DNA of 64,000 bases. Source: the human T2T-CHM13v2.0 reference genome, Homo sapiens. Both the position numbers and the translations under genes were made by a program. A model generated the notes under the pieces. The model had not been told where the DNA came from and ran no database searches. It saw nothing but the letters and a program-made list of their open reading frames with translations. Below are positions 16,599-29,539 of this stretch, one piece after another. The stretch's first letter is position 1. Every line of letters begins with the position of its first letter. The stretch lies in NCBI RefSeq assembly GCF_009914755.1, contig NC_060941.1; one strand, given 5' to 3'.

Positions 16599-16965
16599 CT
16601 GTCTTAATCTATTTAGGCTGCTGTAATAAAATACCATAAACTGGGTCATTTATAAACAACAGAAATTTATTTCTCACAGTTCTGGAGGCTGGGAAGTCCA
16701 AGATCAAGGTGGCAGCAGATTCAGTATCTGGTGAGGGCCTGATTCCTCATTCATAGATGGCAGTTTCTTGCTGTGTCTTCATGTGGTGAAAGGATCAAAC
16801 AACCTCCCTAGGGTTTCTTTTATAAAGGCACTAATCCCATTCATGAGGTCTCTGCCCCTAATTCCTAATCACCTCCCAAAGGGCCCAGCTTGCAACACCA
16901 CTATCCTGGGGGTTAGGATTTCATCTTATGGATTTGGGAAGGACACAAACATTCACCTCATAGTA
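16599..16965. mobile_element. MLT1A-type MaLR LTR
   Basis: tgtcttaatctatttaggctgctgtaataaaataccat...ttctcacagttctggaggctgggaagtccaagatcaagg. Confidence 0.8.
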
Positions 16966-17027
16966 ACCAATCCCGGGGAATCACTGAAATTTCTGTTACC
17001 ATCAAGTTTGCACTTGCATCTGATTAG

Positions 17028-17598
17028 CTGTGCAGAAGAGATAACATGGCCGGCCTGAGAATATAGTCCTTAGAAAGGCCTGCTTGCAAAGTTGGCCCTT
17101 GGCTGACATCTGGGAGCTTGAATGTTAAACAGTTCTCTACACTGATACAAAATTTTCCCTAAATGACAAGAGTGCCTCACTGTGCCTAAACTTTTTGTGC
17201 AAACAGTATGCTTTATGCTGAATACATGTTTTACTTCTGGGAGTCTGGAATTTTGGCACATGCTGGGTAGAAGGAGTGCCTATACGACAGGCCTCCAGTA
17301 AAAATCTTCAACTCCTAGGCTCAGGCAAACTTTCCTGGTGAACAATATTTCACATGGGCTGTCACAACTCGATGCATAAGAAATTAAGTTATTACTGTGT
17401 GACTGTACAGGGAGGGGACTTTTGGAAGCTTACACCTAGTTTCCTCCAGACTTTGCCCATATACCTTTTCCCTTCGTGGATTTTGTTTTGTATCCTTCAC
17501 TGTAATAAATCAGAACCATGAATATGACTATATGCTGAGTCCTGTGAGTCCTCCTAGCAAAACTTTGAGCCTAAAAATGTCTTGGGAACCTTTAACAC
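17028..17598 (+). mobile_element. MER21-like LTR
   Basis: tccttagaaaggcctgcttgcaaagttggcccttggctg...gtaataaatc...tgctgagtcctgtgagtcctcctagc. Confidence 0.7.
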
Positions 17599-18109
17599 AG
17601 TAGGTATTTCATCCTGCTGCCTGTCTGCAGAAATATGAGGGCCAACAGTTTTCTAAAGATTTTGTCTTAGTCCCTCATAGTGTGAGCAGTAGTGCTTTTA
17701 ACAATACAATTCTTTTAAGAACCTCAAAGGTTTCCTGTGAAACTGGTTCAGATCTCCATGACCCAAAAGTCTCTAGCACAATTCTTTTGTGAACAGGTCT
17801 TTCTCTTCTTTGAGAGTTGCAGGCATCTGTTGGACAAGAACCCTAAAATTTTTAGGAGCCATTTTGTCTAGCTCAAAGTATCTACTAAGCACGACTTTCA
17901 ATCTTACAGAGCTCTTAACAGAGTGTCCTACAGCCATACCTTTTATTAGACTTTTACCACTGAGACTATATATTACTTTGAGTTTCCTTTAATGGCTTGA
18001 GAGACTACAGGTGAGAAATAATTTAATTTTCCCACTTAGAAATCCCCAGCTTTTCTATAATCTAATTTCTGCTTGAAAATGGAGCCACCTTTCTCTAACT
18101 CATTTATTT

Positions 18110-18465
18110 CTGTCTTAGTTCATTCTGGCTTTTATAACAAAATACCATAGCTTATAAATAACAGGAATTTATTTCTCACCATTCTGGAGAATGGAAAGTC
18201 CAAGATCAGGGTGTCAGCATGGCCAGGTTCTGGTGAAGGCCCTCCTCTGAGTTGCAGAATCCCAACTTGTTGCTGCAACCTCACATGGTAGAACTGGTGA
18301 ACTAGCTCCCTTGGGCCTATTTTATAAGGACACTAATTCCATTCATAAGGGCTGCATTATCATGATCTATTCACCTCCACAACCCCTCCATCATCTCCTA
18401 ATACAATCACATTGGTGATTTGGTTTCAACATATGAATTTGGGGGGAACACAAACATGCAATGGA
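18110..18465. mobile_element. MLT1A-type MaLR LTR
   Basis: tgtcttagttcattctggct...aaagtccaagatcagg...gaatttggggggaacacaaacat. Confidence 0.75.
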
Positions 18466-18759
18466 CATAGCATGTGGAATGATAGACAGTAGAGACTTGG
18501 GACAGTGGTGGAGGGTAGGGTAGGACAAGGTAGATGATGAGGAATTACTTAATGGGTACAATGTACATTATCCAGGTACCCTGACTTCACTACTACACAA
18601 TCTATGCATGTAACTAAATTACACTTGTACCCCATACATTCATACGAAAAAAGGAGAATAAGGCCAACCCAGCTCATTTTCTCCAGCCTAGGTGACAAGG
18701 GCAAAACTCTGTCTCAAAAAAAAAAAAAAAAAAAAAAAAAAAACAAGAAGAAGAAGAAA

Positions 18760-19450
18760 TCTTTGCCTATCCCAAGATCATGAAACTATTTCTACAATAT
18801 CTTCTAAAAGCTTTATTGTTTCTTCTTTCACATTAAGTCCATGATCCATTTGGAAGAGATTTCTGTGTGTGGTGTGGGGTAGGAGTCAAGGTTCCTTTTT
18901 GTTTACATGAATAAGCCAATCAAGCCAGCTACCTTTACTGAAAAAGCATTCTTTCCCTCTTTGAACTACAGCGGCTCCTTTGTCATAAATTATGAGATGG
19001 TGTGTTTTTGTTACACTGATCTATTTGGTATCTTGCACTGCTGTTCCATTTACTGCCACATTATAATAAATCCTGATAAATGGTAGCTTAAGTCCCTCAA
19101 CTTTGTTTAAGACTGTCTTGATTATTCTTGCCTTTTGGAATTTTCATATAAGTTTTAGAATCAGTTTATCAATTTTCATGAAAAATCCTTCTAAGATTTT
19201 GACTGAGATTGTATTAAATTTATTGTTGAATTTGGGGAAAACTGACAGCTTTATAATAATGAATCTTCTAATCCACAAACACGGCACATCCCTCCATTTA
19301 TTAAGGTACCTACAAATTTTTGTTTGTAATATCGTGTAATTTTCTGCACAAGATTTGTTAGATTTATCTCTAGGTAATTGATGGTTTTGACGATATCTTA
19401 AAGGGCATTTGAAAATGTTATTTTCTATATGTAATACTTGAAAGCTGTTA
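18760..19450 (-). mobile_element. Old L1 (L1M) ORF2 fragment
   Basis: ORF 19144..19476 YLNKWRDVPCLWIRRFIIIKLSVFPK...FFMKIDKLILK is L1 ORF2-like. Confidence 0.8.
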
Positions 19451-19472
19451 ATTGGGTCTCTCCTCTGGTCAG

Positions 19473-19588
19473 GCATCTGTGTGCACCAATGCAGAAAAGA
19501 CGGGGACTACAAGGAAGGAAAATGTTGCATCAGGAAGGGCTGCTGGCACATCTTTGTTCCCCCTCCCCAAAACCTCATCCCCAAGCAG
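19473..19588 (+). pseudogene. Decayed WAP (WFDC21/Wdnm1-like, 6-Cys) exon, unit 1
   Basis: tctctcctctggtcag| (G)ICVHQCRKDGDYKEGKCCIRKGCWHIF... |GTGAGT; Cys spacing C-x3-C-x5-(C>Y)-x5-C-x4-C-x3-(C). Confidence 0.7.
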
Positions 19589-20269
19589 GTGAGTCCTGAC
19601 TCTCCCCACCTGGCCTGACCGAGACTGATTAAAGATTTGGTGCTACCTGGATTTTCACAGTAGTGCGGTCACCCACAAATGTGACAGAAATGTCCCCAAA
19701 GGCCTGAGGGCTCCTTCTGCTCTCACCCTTCCTGAGGGAAGGGCTGATCCTAAGACCCATTACCCCCACATTTTCAAGTATGAGAATCCTGAAAAGAAAA
19801 ATCATTTCATATTTCCCAAGGAATAGATATTCATTATAGTGAAGTCAGATATATAGAACAAAGAGATGGTAAAACTTGCTCATAATCTCATTACCAGCAG
19901 ATAAATATAGTTACATGTTTTGTCACGTCCTTTCATACTTTGATCCATGGGGTGTGTGTGCAAAATAATCAAGGCATCACACTCTACATAATTTTGGACC
20001 TCTTCTTTTTTTTTTCACTCACCAATATACAGTAAACAGCTTTCCCTGTCAGTGGATGTATTTCTACAATTTCATTTTCCCCCCAAGGTTTCACATCATT
20101 CTCACCATGTAGATATACCATATTTTATTTACTAATTCTTGACCAATAGATATTTAGACTTCAAAAGATTCCTTAGAATGAAATCTTTCCATGCACAGTT
20201 GATTGTTTCATCAGGAAATATTCTTTGAAGTGTTTCTAGGTGAAAATGCATGCATTTTTTACATTTTAA

Positions 20270-20412
20270 TTTTATTTAATTTTTTAGAGATCCCTAAAAA
20301 ATTAGGAATCCCTGTTGCCTAGGCTGGTCTCAAATTCCTGGGCTGAAGCTATCCTCCCACCTCAGCCTCCTAAGTAGCTGGGATTGCAGACACATGCCAC
20401 TGTGCCTGGCCA
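20270..20412 (-). mobile_element. FLAM/Alu monomer
   Basis: ccctgttgcctaggctggtctcaaattcctgggct...gccactgtgcctggcc. Confidence 0.75.
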
Positions 20413-21025
20413 GCATGCACGCTTTTTAAACTCCAAAAATACATTGCCAAATTGCTGTTACGAGGGTACATTTTTTTATGCCAAAAAGTTTTGATCAACC
20501 TCAAAATACTGGCTATAGTTTAATTTTTCACTATTTGACAGTAGGTGTAATTTCATCTGAGTTTACAATTTTAAGTCACATACATTAAAAAAAAAAAAAA
20601 ACCTCAGTTACGTTTGTGAAATATTTACTTGTTTGGAGGAATGTTTCAGCAATCTTTTGTAATAAGTTGGAATCCCCCAGAGTGGGAAAAGGATGAATGA
20701 AACACATATTTAGCACCCGCTTTGTTTCAGATCTTTTCAAATACATTTTTTTTTAATCTTGAGAGCTTTTTATGATGTGTGGATTTATAGCACCCACATT
20801 TTACAGATGAGGAAACTGAGAAATAAACAAAATGTCTTTTTCTTTTGCTTACCTTACCATGATTCCTCTCCACTCTCTCCTTTAAGTCACTGGGCTTATA
20901 TTGCAAGTGGTGATCCCAGGAGGCCACTGTAGCTAATGGTGTCCCCCAGTTTGCAATAAAGATTTCTGTCATCTCCCTCTCCCGCTGGGTTCAGAAACAA
21001 AGCCTGGGATGGCGGCAGGCCCATT

Positions 21026-21039
21026 GCGCCATCTACTGG
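21026..21039 (-). promoter_or_regulatory. Candidate CTCF binding site
   Basis: CCAGTAGATGGCGC on the minus strand matches the CTCF core consensus CCASYAGRKGGCRS. Confidence 0.6.
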
Positions 21040-21619
21040 CAATCACTGTGCAGTGCATGACCTTCCCACTGCAGTACTGGCTGGAGCAGATGAGGTGGAA
21101 ATATCTGTAAATTTCACATCTGCATTTACTCTTCATAACAGCTTTCTGAAGTAAATATTGTATCCTTATTTCAAATGCATGGAAACTGGGTCTTTGAGAG
21201 ATGAAATGTGTCCCACATCAAGCAGTTGGTAAATGGCAAAGCTGATCTCTTTGCCACCAAAGCCAGAACACTTTTCAGCACAGCATGCTGCCTCCCCGAA
21301 TGAAGTAATCATGAGGAGCTGCTGTCCACATGCTTCTGCCTTTTCCTCCAAACCACTCAAACTATAAGATAACAGCAAAAGAAATACCCAGCGTCTTTGC
21401 ACAGAGCGGCCACAAATGCTTTCTGCTGTGGCAGCTGCTGACTCATCCACAGGACCGTTTCTTCCACCTCAGACCCATGCGTTCCTGCTCTCTGCCAAGT
21501 CCGAACTGGAGAAAACAAATTCTGTCCCAGTGGGGTTTCCCATCTTTGGCTGGCTGGCTGGACTTCCTCCACAACCACTCTCTCGCCTTCTAAGCAGGAG
21601 CTGGGTGAGACATGAGATC

Positions 21620-21690
21620 ATGGGGGCATCCGACAGCGACAGCCATTTCTGGGGCCGTCATCATAGTCCAAGCCCCACCGAGACTGGCAG
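21620..21690 (+). pseudogene. Decayed exon 1 of WFDC-like unit 2
   Basis: tcATGGGGGCATCCGAC...GAGACTGGCAG homologous to tcATGAGGGCATCTGAC...GAGATTTGGCAG at 26506; upstream 21430-21600 homologous to 26270-26475. Confidence 0.45.
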
Positions 21691-22484
21691 CAGTATAGCA
21701 TTGTGAGGGGGGCTGAAGTCAGATAGACTCGATTCAAACCCTGCACCCTCCTTTTCCTAGTTCTGTGGCTTTGTGCAAGTGAATCAAACTCCCAGAGCCT
21801 CTTTCATTCTAAAATGGAGACAATAGTTTCTACTTGTAGGGTTGTTCTGAGACTTGAATAAGGTTGTACAATCACCTAGCTCTTAGTGCTTATTTATTGA
21901 GTACATAGCAAGTGCTCGATAAATGGTAGTGTGAAGTTGGCACTAGGTATGTACCTTCTCTGAACCTCCCTTGGTCAGTAAGGAACATTAGCATCGTGTG
22001 GGGGTTAAGATCCTGAGGTCTGGAGTCAGACAGACATCCTTTGGATCTGGACTCTGCCACTTGCTAGCCATGGGACCATCTTGTGGCCTTGTGTCTCCTC
22101 TCTGTGGACCTCAAAACGAGTCTTTATTCAAAGCCCAGGGCCCTGCCTAATATTAAGGCTTTAGATACATATTTTCAAATTGCCTCATGAGGGCCCTTTT
22201 AAAACATCAGAAATGTTAAATTACTCATAGGATAGCTAAATTTGTAGTAATAAAGTATCTGCATACATGCCTAATGGATTCAGTAATGCCACTAAATAGG
22301 AGTTTGTGTTATTTACAGCAGTCTCTACTTATATTTGAAAAGAATAAAACATCACTTATTAATTTTACAGACAATGTGTGGGTTACATATGGACTTGTGA
22401 ATCTCATGCATTACCCGTGTTGTCCCCCAGATACATACAGTCACTGTGGGAACAAACACCACCCTGAGTACCTGCTGCTTGCTA

Positions 22485-22938
<454 letters not shown>

Positions 22939-23898
22939 CTACAGATAATAAGGGGCAGAGCCAAGATCCTGACCCTGATCTGTCTGCGTAGCATGAGAGA
23001 AATATCCACCGTGGACTGTATTTGAAAATATTCACAGATACTAGGTTAATGCTATATAAAGTATATTATACCTAACCTTTTATAACATATTTTTTCATTT
23101 AACAATAATTGTGAATAGATACTTCTATCAACCTACAAATCTACCTACTTTATCCTTTTAAAGGACTATGTCATACTCCATTAAATGAATTTACTATAAT
23201 CTATTTAACCAACATTCCTTTAGTGAACATTTTAATGGTTTGCAATTTTTTGTCCTTGCATATAATGCTGAAATGAACTGGATCATATGCAAGTATTTTT
23301 GTACACCTCTAGAAGTGATTTTTTAAAATTCCTAAGAGTGAGATGATAAAATTAGTCACAAACATTTACTAACACATATTACCAAATCAGGCAGCATAAT
23401 AAAAGATCATCAAATTTTTATTCATTCACTTAGCAAATACTTATGTCATGCTTGTGCTGTGCTAGGTACTGCTCCCAGAGCTTGACTCCTCATGACATCC
23501 TGAGATGAGAACTTTAATGATTCTGTTTTATACATAAGAAGACTGTGGCTCAGAGAGACAAAGTAACTTGGCAGAAGTTAGACAGAAAATAGCTGGTTTG
23601 GAAACCAGGGTCTGCAGCACCCAGGCACTTGATGACTACGTTGTCCTTCCTGATTTATTAAGGCTTTATTCCCAGAATTACTCAAATCCTAAAGAATAAA
23701 TCTTATTTGATGGGAGTATCAAATGAGATTTTAAGGGGGAAAATATTAACATTAACATTATATGTTTTAAAATAAGATTTTTTATTTTTCCAGAAAAAAA
23801 TCTTAAAAATTAAATCATTTGTTTCATTTTTTTAAAAGGAAACTATAAACCCAATATTTTAAGAAACGATTTCATTCACTCAACACTTTTGAGCTGAG

Positions 23899-23995
23899 TC
23901 TCTCCTCTCATCAGTTCTGTGTGAGCAGAAAAGAGGGAGGCTTAGGGGCTTAGGGGATTAGGGGTCATGGTCGCTGGGAAATGCAACAGAAACCT
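23899..23995 (+). pseudogene. Largely deleted WAP exon remnant, unit 2
   Basis: tctctcctctcatcag|ttctgtgtg...gcagaaaaga, then gaaatgcaacagaaacc, which is shared with unit 3 at about 29015. Confidence 0.45.
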
Positions 23996-26507
23996 GTCAG
24001 GGCTGCTAGAACCTAGAAGAGTTAGCCATAGTAAATCGGCTGGTGCATATCTTTACAGAACTTTTATTTTGTAAGTGTGTATGCAAACTAGCTACTACAT
24101 TACATTTTACATACATTAATAATCTCCCTTTATTTTTTTACCTAATGTATATTTTTCCATGACCATGAATGTATTTTTATAACTTTTTGTTTTAGGTTTT
24201 AAGGCATTTCATTGCTAAGTTGCATCTCCTAGATTTGGGAAAGAATCTAAAAAACACATATTTGGTGCATTCTGTGTGCTCTGCCCAGTCACACACATTA
24301 TTCTATTTAACCTTCTGATGACCTAGGTATCTTCACCACTCTTCTAGATTGTTGCTCCCAGCAGTCATGTGACTCGTCTAAGGCCATGTTGCTACAGGTG
24401 GCTTGCAATCCAGGTTGGCTGAACTTCCAACTACATTCTCTTTGCTGTGCACTGTCCAAAAGTAGGGAGAGTTTCCTGCCTCTGGAATTCTCTATGTACA
24501 GGTGCCACCAGTTGTTTTCTTTGTGCACAGAAGAAAGTAAAACCCAGAGGCCACCATTAGTGATGGAGATGCATTGTCAGGAGAGGACAGAAGATGGGTA
24601 GAAGTTGACAGAGCTCTCATTTCTCCCACATGGGCTTGTACCATATGCAAATGGTTTCATAAGCATCTGGTAACAGTGTGTTCAGCCACAAGAGGGAGAC
24701 CAAATTGGAGCTGGAGATCCTTCTTCTCATGCCTCACCGTACTTTTGACTTCCCGAAAAAGAGGATTCGAGTGGCTCATTTTGGCATCTTGCAGTATAGT
24801 GTATTTCCACTGGGCAGGGAGTCGCAGTCTCTCTTATGCTCAGGCTGGCCACAGCGGCTTTCCTGGATATGTCTTTGTCCTGGTTCAATCCTGGGGCGGG
24901 GGAGCAGTGTTGCCCGCACCTTCCTAACAGAGCCAGCCTCCCAAGTAGAGCAGCTGAAGAGGGAAAACAGTCACTGCGGGCTGCAAAACTCATTGTCTGG
25001 AGCAACATCTGGGGGCTGGGGCAGGTCCTCGGCCCACCATGGTGATGAAAAGTGCTCAAATCATCAAAGAGTAAAAATTCTACACCAAAACCCACACTTT
25101 CCACAATAGTCATGTGGGTTTCTCCTCCTAGCCTGAGGGCATTTCTTGGGTCCTCCTTTCTGTGCATGATTCTCCAGCTCCAGGACAGCCCATCTCCAGC
25201 ACACTCTGGACAGGTTATGCCTGATTCTGCCTGACATGCTCCAGGCTTAAGAAACTGGCTCCTGTGAGCCTGGGCTGCCACCCATCTCCCTGGCTCTGGG
25301 TTCCAACCCTGGCTTCCTGGGGTGCTTGTGGCATGGGATGGAGTTAATGGTCAGCCTGGGAGTTGGAACTTCCACATTGTGTTAGCCTTTAAAACATCAG
25401 TGTCAGCCAGGAACTCAGAAAAGATAAAGACCCCAGATTGCCAAAAGCCCCTTCTCTTAAAGGGATGAGTCAAAGGCTTTCTTCCTTTCCCACATCCCAG
25501 GCAGGATTCATCTCTACCCTATTCCCAGAATAAACAGAGTCCCATTAGGTTTTCATGCCTACAATTGTCCCCAGTTTGTACTAAAGAGTAGTTGGTTCCA
25601 GACAGGAAAACCATAGCCTCAGCTCCATAGAGGGTGAGAAATGTGTGTATAAACAGCCTGCATTCGAATGCAGAAAGTCATGGCAGGCTGCATGAAGACC
25701 ACCACTAGTTCAAATGATGCTTGTGTGAGAATTAGAGAAAGGCCCCCTTCCAGTAGACAGAGTCCCATGGGTAAACAGACAGCACCTTTATCCTATTTAG
25801 GAAAAGTGTCCCTCCCTCTAGGTGCAGGCAGTGCCAGGGTGGAGCACTTCAGAAATGACACTGGAGATGGATGATGGTCCCACTCATCCTGGCCACCAGA
25901 CATAGTTGTTCAGTGCACAACCTGGAAAATCATACGTGTCAGCCCTGGTTAGAGTGGATGAGGTGAAAGTATGGGGACTTCTTACACTTGTGCTTTCATT
26001 TCCTGTTACATCTTAGTTATAATGTTATTCTCATTGCACAGACATGGAAATTACGGCCCAGAAGGTGAAGTGATCTGTTACAAAATAAACGGCAAGGCTG
26101 GTCTCTTCAACTCAAATCCAGACCACTTTCCACCATGCCATAAATGCCTCCTTGCCTGAAGCACTTTTAAAGAGCCACCTTCTGCCCACGTCTGCATCCT
26201 TTAGTTTTCTCAAGGCACAAAACCTTTAAGAACCACCCACCCAGCATCTTTGCATATCGTGTGTCCTGGTATGGCAGCTGCTGACCACGCCCTGAGTCAT
26301 GCTCATGGCCAAGCTCCCCACTCGGGACCATTTCTGTCCGTGCAGACTCATCTTTTCCTGTTCTTTGCAAAGCCCAGCTAGAGCAAGCAAATTCTTCCCA
26401 ATGGGTTTTTCCCATCTCTGGTTGCTTGGCTGGCTGGGCTTCCTCTACAAACCCCCTTCCTTTCCCCTAAGCAGGGCCCGGTGTCCCCATCCTGCGGAGT
26501 TGAGGTC

Positions 26508-26604
26508 ATGAGGGCATCTGACCAGGAGTAGCTATTCCTGGTGCTATTGTCATTGTCCTGTTTCATGTGTGAACATGGCTGCTGGCTCTACAGAGATTTG
26601 GCAG
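26508..26604 (+). pseudogene. Decayed signal-peptide exon 1 of WFDC-like unit 3
   Basis: MRASDQE*LFLVLLSLSCFMCEHGCWLYRDLA(G)|GT: 32 codons + 1 nt, phase-1 donor compatible with the phase-1 WAP exon at 28837. Confidence 0.55.
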
Positions 26605-26992
26605 GTAGCAAGGACGTTTCTTTTCAAATCTTCCTTTGGAAGTCAGACTTGGTGAGGATCGTATGCCCACCTTTTCCTAGCTCTGTGGTGCCAGGCAAAG
26701 TCTCAGTTTCTGCAAATTGGGGTTAAGAATTCCTACCTCACAGTGGTCTTTTGATAAATAAATAAGATCTTAAGTGAAAATTATTCCACTAGAAATTGCA
26801 CAGTCACTTTGGTCTTCATCCTGGAGGTCCACTGACAAGCCTCATGCAAACCTGTGGCCCTGTTCATCTTAAGGTGTTTTTATTCATACTTTCAAATGGC
26901 CTCAGGAAGACCTTTTATAAAGTAAAAATGTTAGGCAGCCACATGATATCCATTGACCCAGTGAGGCTGTTTTACTGGATATGAGGGGTTTG

Positions 26993-27267
26993 ACCCAGCA
27001 CTTTGGGGGGCTGAGACAGGCGGATCACTTGAGGCCAGGAGCTGGAGACCCGCCTGGCCAACATGGTGAAACCCCATCTCTATTAAAAACACCAAAAAAA
27101 TTACCTGGGCATGGTGGCACATGCCTGTAATCCCAGCTACTTGGGAGACTGAGGCACAAGAATCGCTTGAACCCGGGAGTCAGAGGTTGCAGTGAGCCAA
27201 GCCGAGATGGCGCCACTGCACTCCAGCCTGGGCAACAGAGTGAGACTCTGTCTCAGGGGAAAAAAAA
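26993..27267 (+). mobile_element. Alu (5' truncated)
   Basis: cccagcactttggg...gagactctgtctc. Confidence 0.9.
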
Positions 27268-28836
27268 GGGTGGGGGGAGGGTTTGAAAAAATAGTAGCAT
27301 GTAGTTATGTTTCTACAATATTTGATATATATAAGGATTTACCAACCTCATGCATTAGCTGCTATCCCCTACAGCAGTTGCTGTAGGAAAAAAAATCAAG
27401 TTCTGAGCTCCTACTGTTTGCCAGGCATATTCTGAGATGATCACGTTGAAATCTCAGAGTTACCCTGCAGAGTAGTCAGGGTATCACTGCCTGACAGATG
27501 AAGAAGCTGAGGCTTCCAGCAGTTAAATGACTTACCCCAGGCCACATAGATAATGAGTGGGAGAGCCCAGGTCTGTCTGTGAGGTATAATGAAATTAGCA
27601 TAAACCCTCCACATTGGCGCCACTTGCATAAATTAACATATTCTCTCACAGAAAGTATTTTATTGGGCATAACATTTTATATGTTTTACCATTTAACATT
27701 AGTTATGGATCTTCCCACGTCACATAAATATGTCTCATTCTTTTTCGATAATGTGATTACTAATGAATGGATTTACTATCATTCATTTAATCAATACTCC
27801 TTTTGATGGCTATTTTAATTGTCTGTTTATTCGTTTTGCACAGATTGATGTAATAAACATGAATTTATAGGAATATTTTTGTCTGCCTGTGAAAATGTTT
27901 GCTGGACAATAAATTCCTAGGAGTAAAATAAGGTCAAAGATTATAAATACAGTATTTATTTTCATAAATATTGCCAAGTCCGCCACAAATGTTTAAATCA
28001 CTAATGGTTTCAGATTATTGTATTTAATGAGTAAACACTTTTATAGGGTTTACTTTTATAAACAATTTTATTTGCCAGATATTATTCTAAGTGCTTTACA
28101 AAATTAACTTTTTCAATTTTTAATATAACCCTGAGATGTATATTATGATTATCCCCATTCTACAGATAAGAACACTGAGAAGTTAATTAACTTACCACAT
28201 ATCTAGGAAATGACAAGGCTAGTTGCACAGCCAGGCAGTCTGGCTCCTGAGTCCACATTTTAGACAACACTATTCCTCCTGGTTCTTTTGAGGCATTACT
28301 ACTGGAACTATCCTAATACTCATAAATAAACATTTCTTTTGGGGAGGGTCAAATAAAATTTTAAACAGAAAAGTGTTTCACCAACTGTCAAGCTCATAAA
28401 GTTGTACGTTATACACTTTTTTCATGATGCCCACAGATAATTTATTAATGATATCATCTATTTTAAAAGACATATATAAAACTCAACCCTTAAGAAAGGA
28501 CTCCTATTAGTGTTCCCCACAGGCACCCTCCTCAGTCTTACACCTTTCCACCCCCTAAAACAAATCATTCAGCATATTTATTTCATACTGTAATATAGGA
28601 TATAGCTACTTTTTAGATTTTCTTATATTATTAACATTGATCATACAAACATGGAATAGAAATTCTTTACGTTTTATCTGGATTTAAGGTGCTACATAAT
28701 GGAATATATTTCTATCAAGCCATACACTTTGGAGATAATGAAATCAATTGTGTTCTAGCTTAAACATTATGGGAATTTCAGAACTGCAACATAACAGATA
28801 ATCCTCAGATGAAAACTAAATCTCTCCTCTGGTCAG

Positions 28837-28937
28837 GCTTCTGTGTGCATCAGTGAAGAGAAGACGGGGACTGTGGAAGGGAAAACAGTGAGTCAGGAAG
28901 GACTGTGGCCACATCTGTTCCCCGGACCCTCAGGTAG
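28837..28937 (+). pseudogene. Decayed WAP (WFDC21/Wdnm1-like) exon, unit 3
   Basis: Identical acceptor tctctcctctggtcag|; (G)FCVHQ*REDGDC..[net -1 nt]..*VRKDCGHICSPDPQ. Confidence 0.7.
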
Positions 28938-29539
28938 TTAAATCCTGACCTCCTCTACCCCAGACTGTCCTGGGGAATGGCCAACACTGGCCTTTCACAA
29001 CCGTGTGTTACTAGAAATGCAACAGAAACCCAGCTGAATCCCCAGGGTTTCCCTTCTGCCCTTCTCAATGGAAAGATCTGTCCCAGGACCATTTATTCCA
29101 ACATTTTCAATTATGAGAAATCTGGGAAGATAAAGTTATTTTCACATTTCTCAAGAAATACATATTTATTCATACTCATTACAGGAAAGTCAGAATCTAC
29201 AGAAAACCAAGAAGATTTTTAAAAATCCATGATACCACCATCAAAAGAGCCACACTTAGTATGTTGGTCCACAGGTTTCCTAGCACCCTTTTCTGTTGGT
29301 GTATGCACAAAATACACAATCACATTCTGTCTACATTTTACAGTTTGCCATTTTTTGATTAACACTATATATTGAACAATTTTTAAGACCTGCAACGTAT
29401 GTCGACAACATTATTTCAAAATAATATATTTACAAATAAACGCACACACAAACTGTCTGTCTTATATACAACATGTCTTACTTTCTAATTCTCCACTCTG
29501 GAAGATTTAGGTTTTTCTAACTTTTTCTTAATATACTCA

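Noticed and set aside
13965-19380. Apparent inverted homology between 13965-14270 and 19050-19380
   Set aside because: Two old L1 ORF2 fragments in opposite orientation, too diverged to form a meaningful stem.
25160-25255. Minus-strand KPGACQAESGITCPECAGDG-CPG, superficially WAP-like
   Set aside because: Opposite strand to the array, Cys spacing wrong, acceptor out of phase, and no C-terminal CC/CG motif; probably chance, though an HMM scan would settle it.
25648-25720. TATAAA followed by ATGAAGACC (MKTTT..)
   Set aside because: No hydrophobic signal core and no counterpart in the other units.
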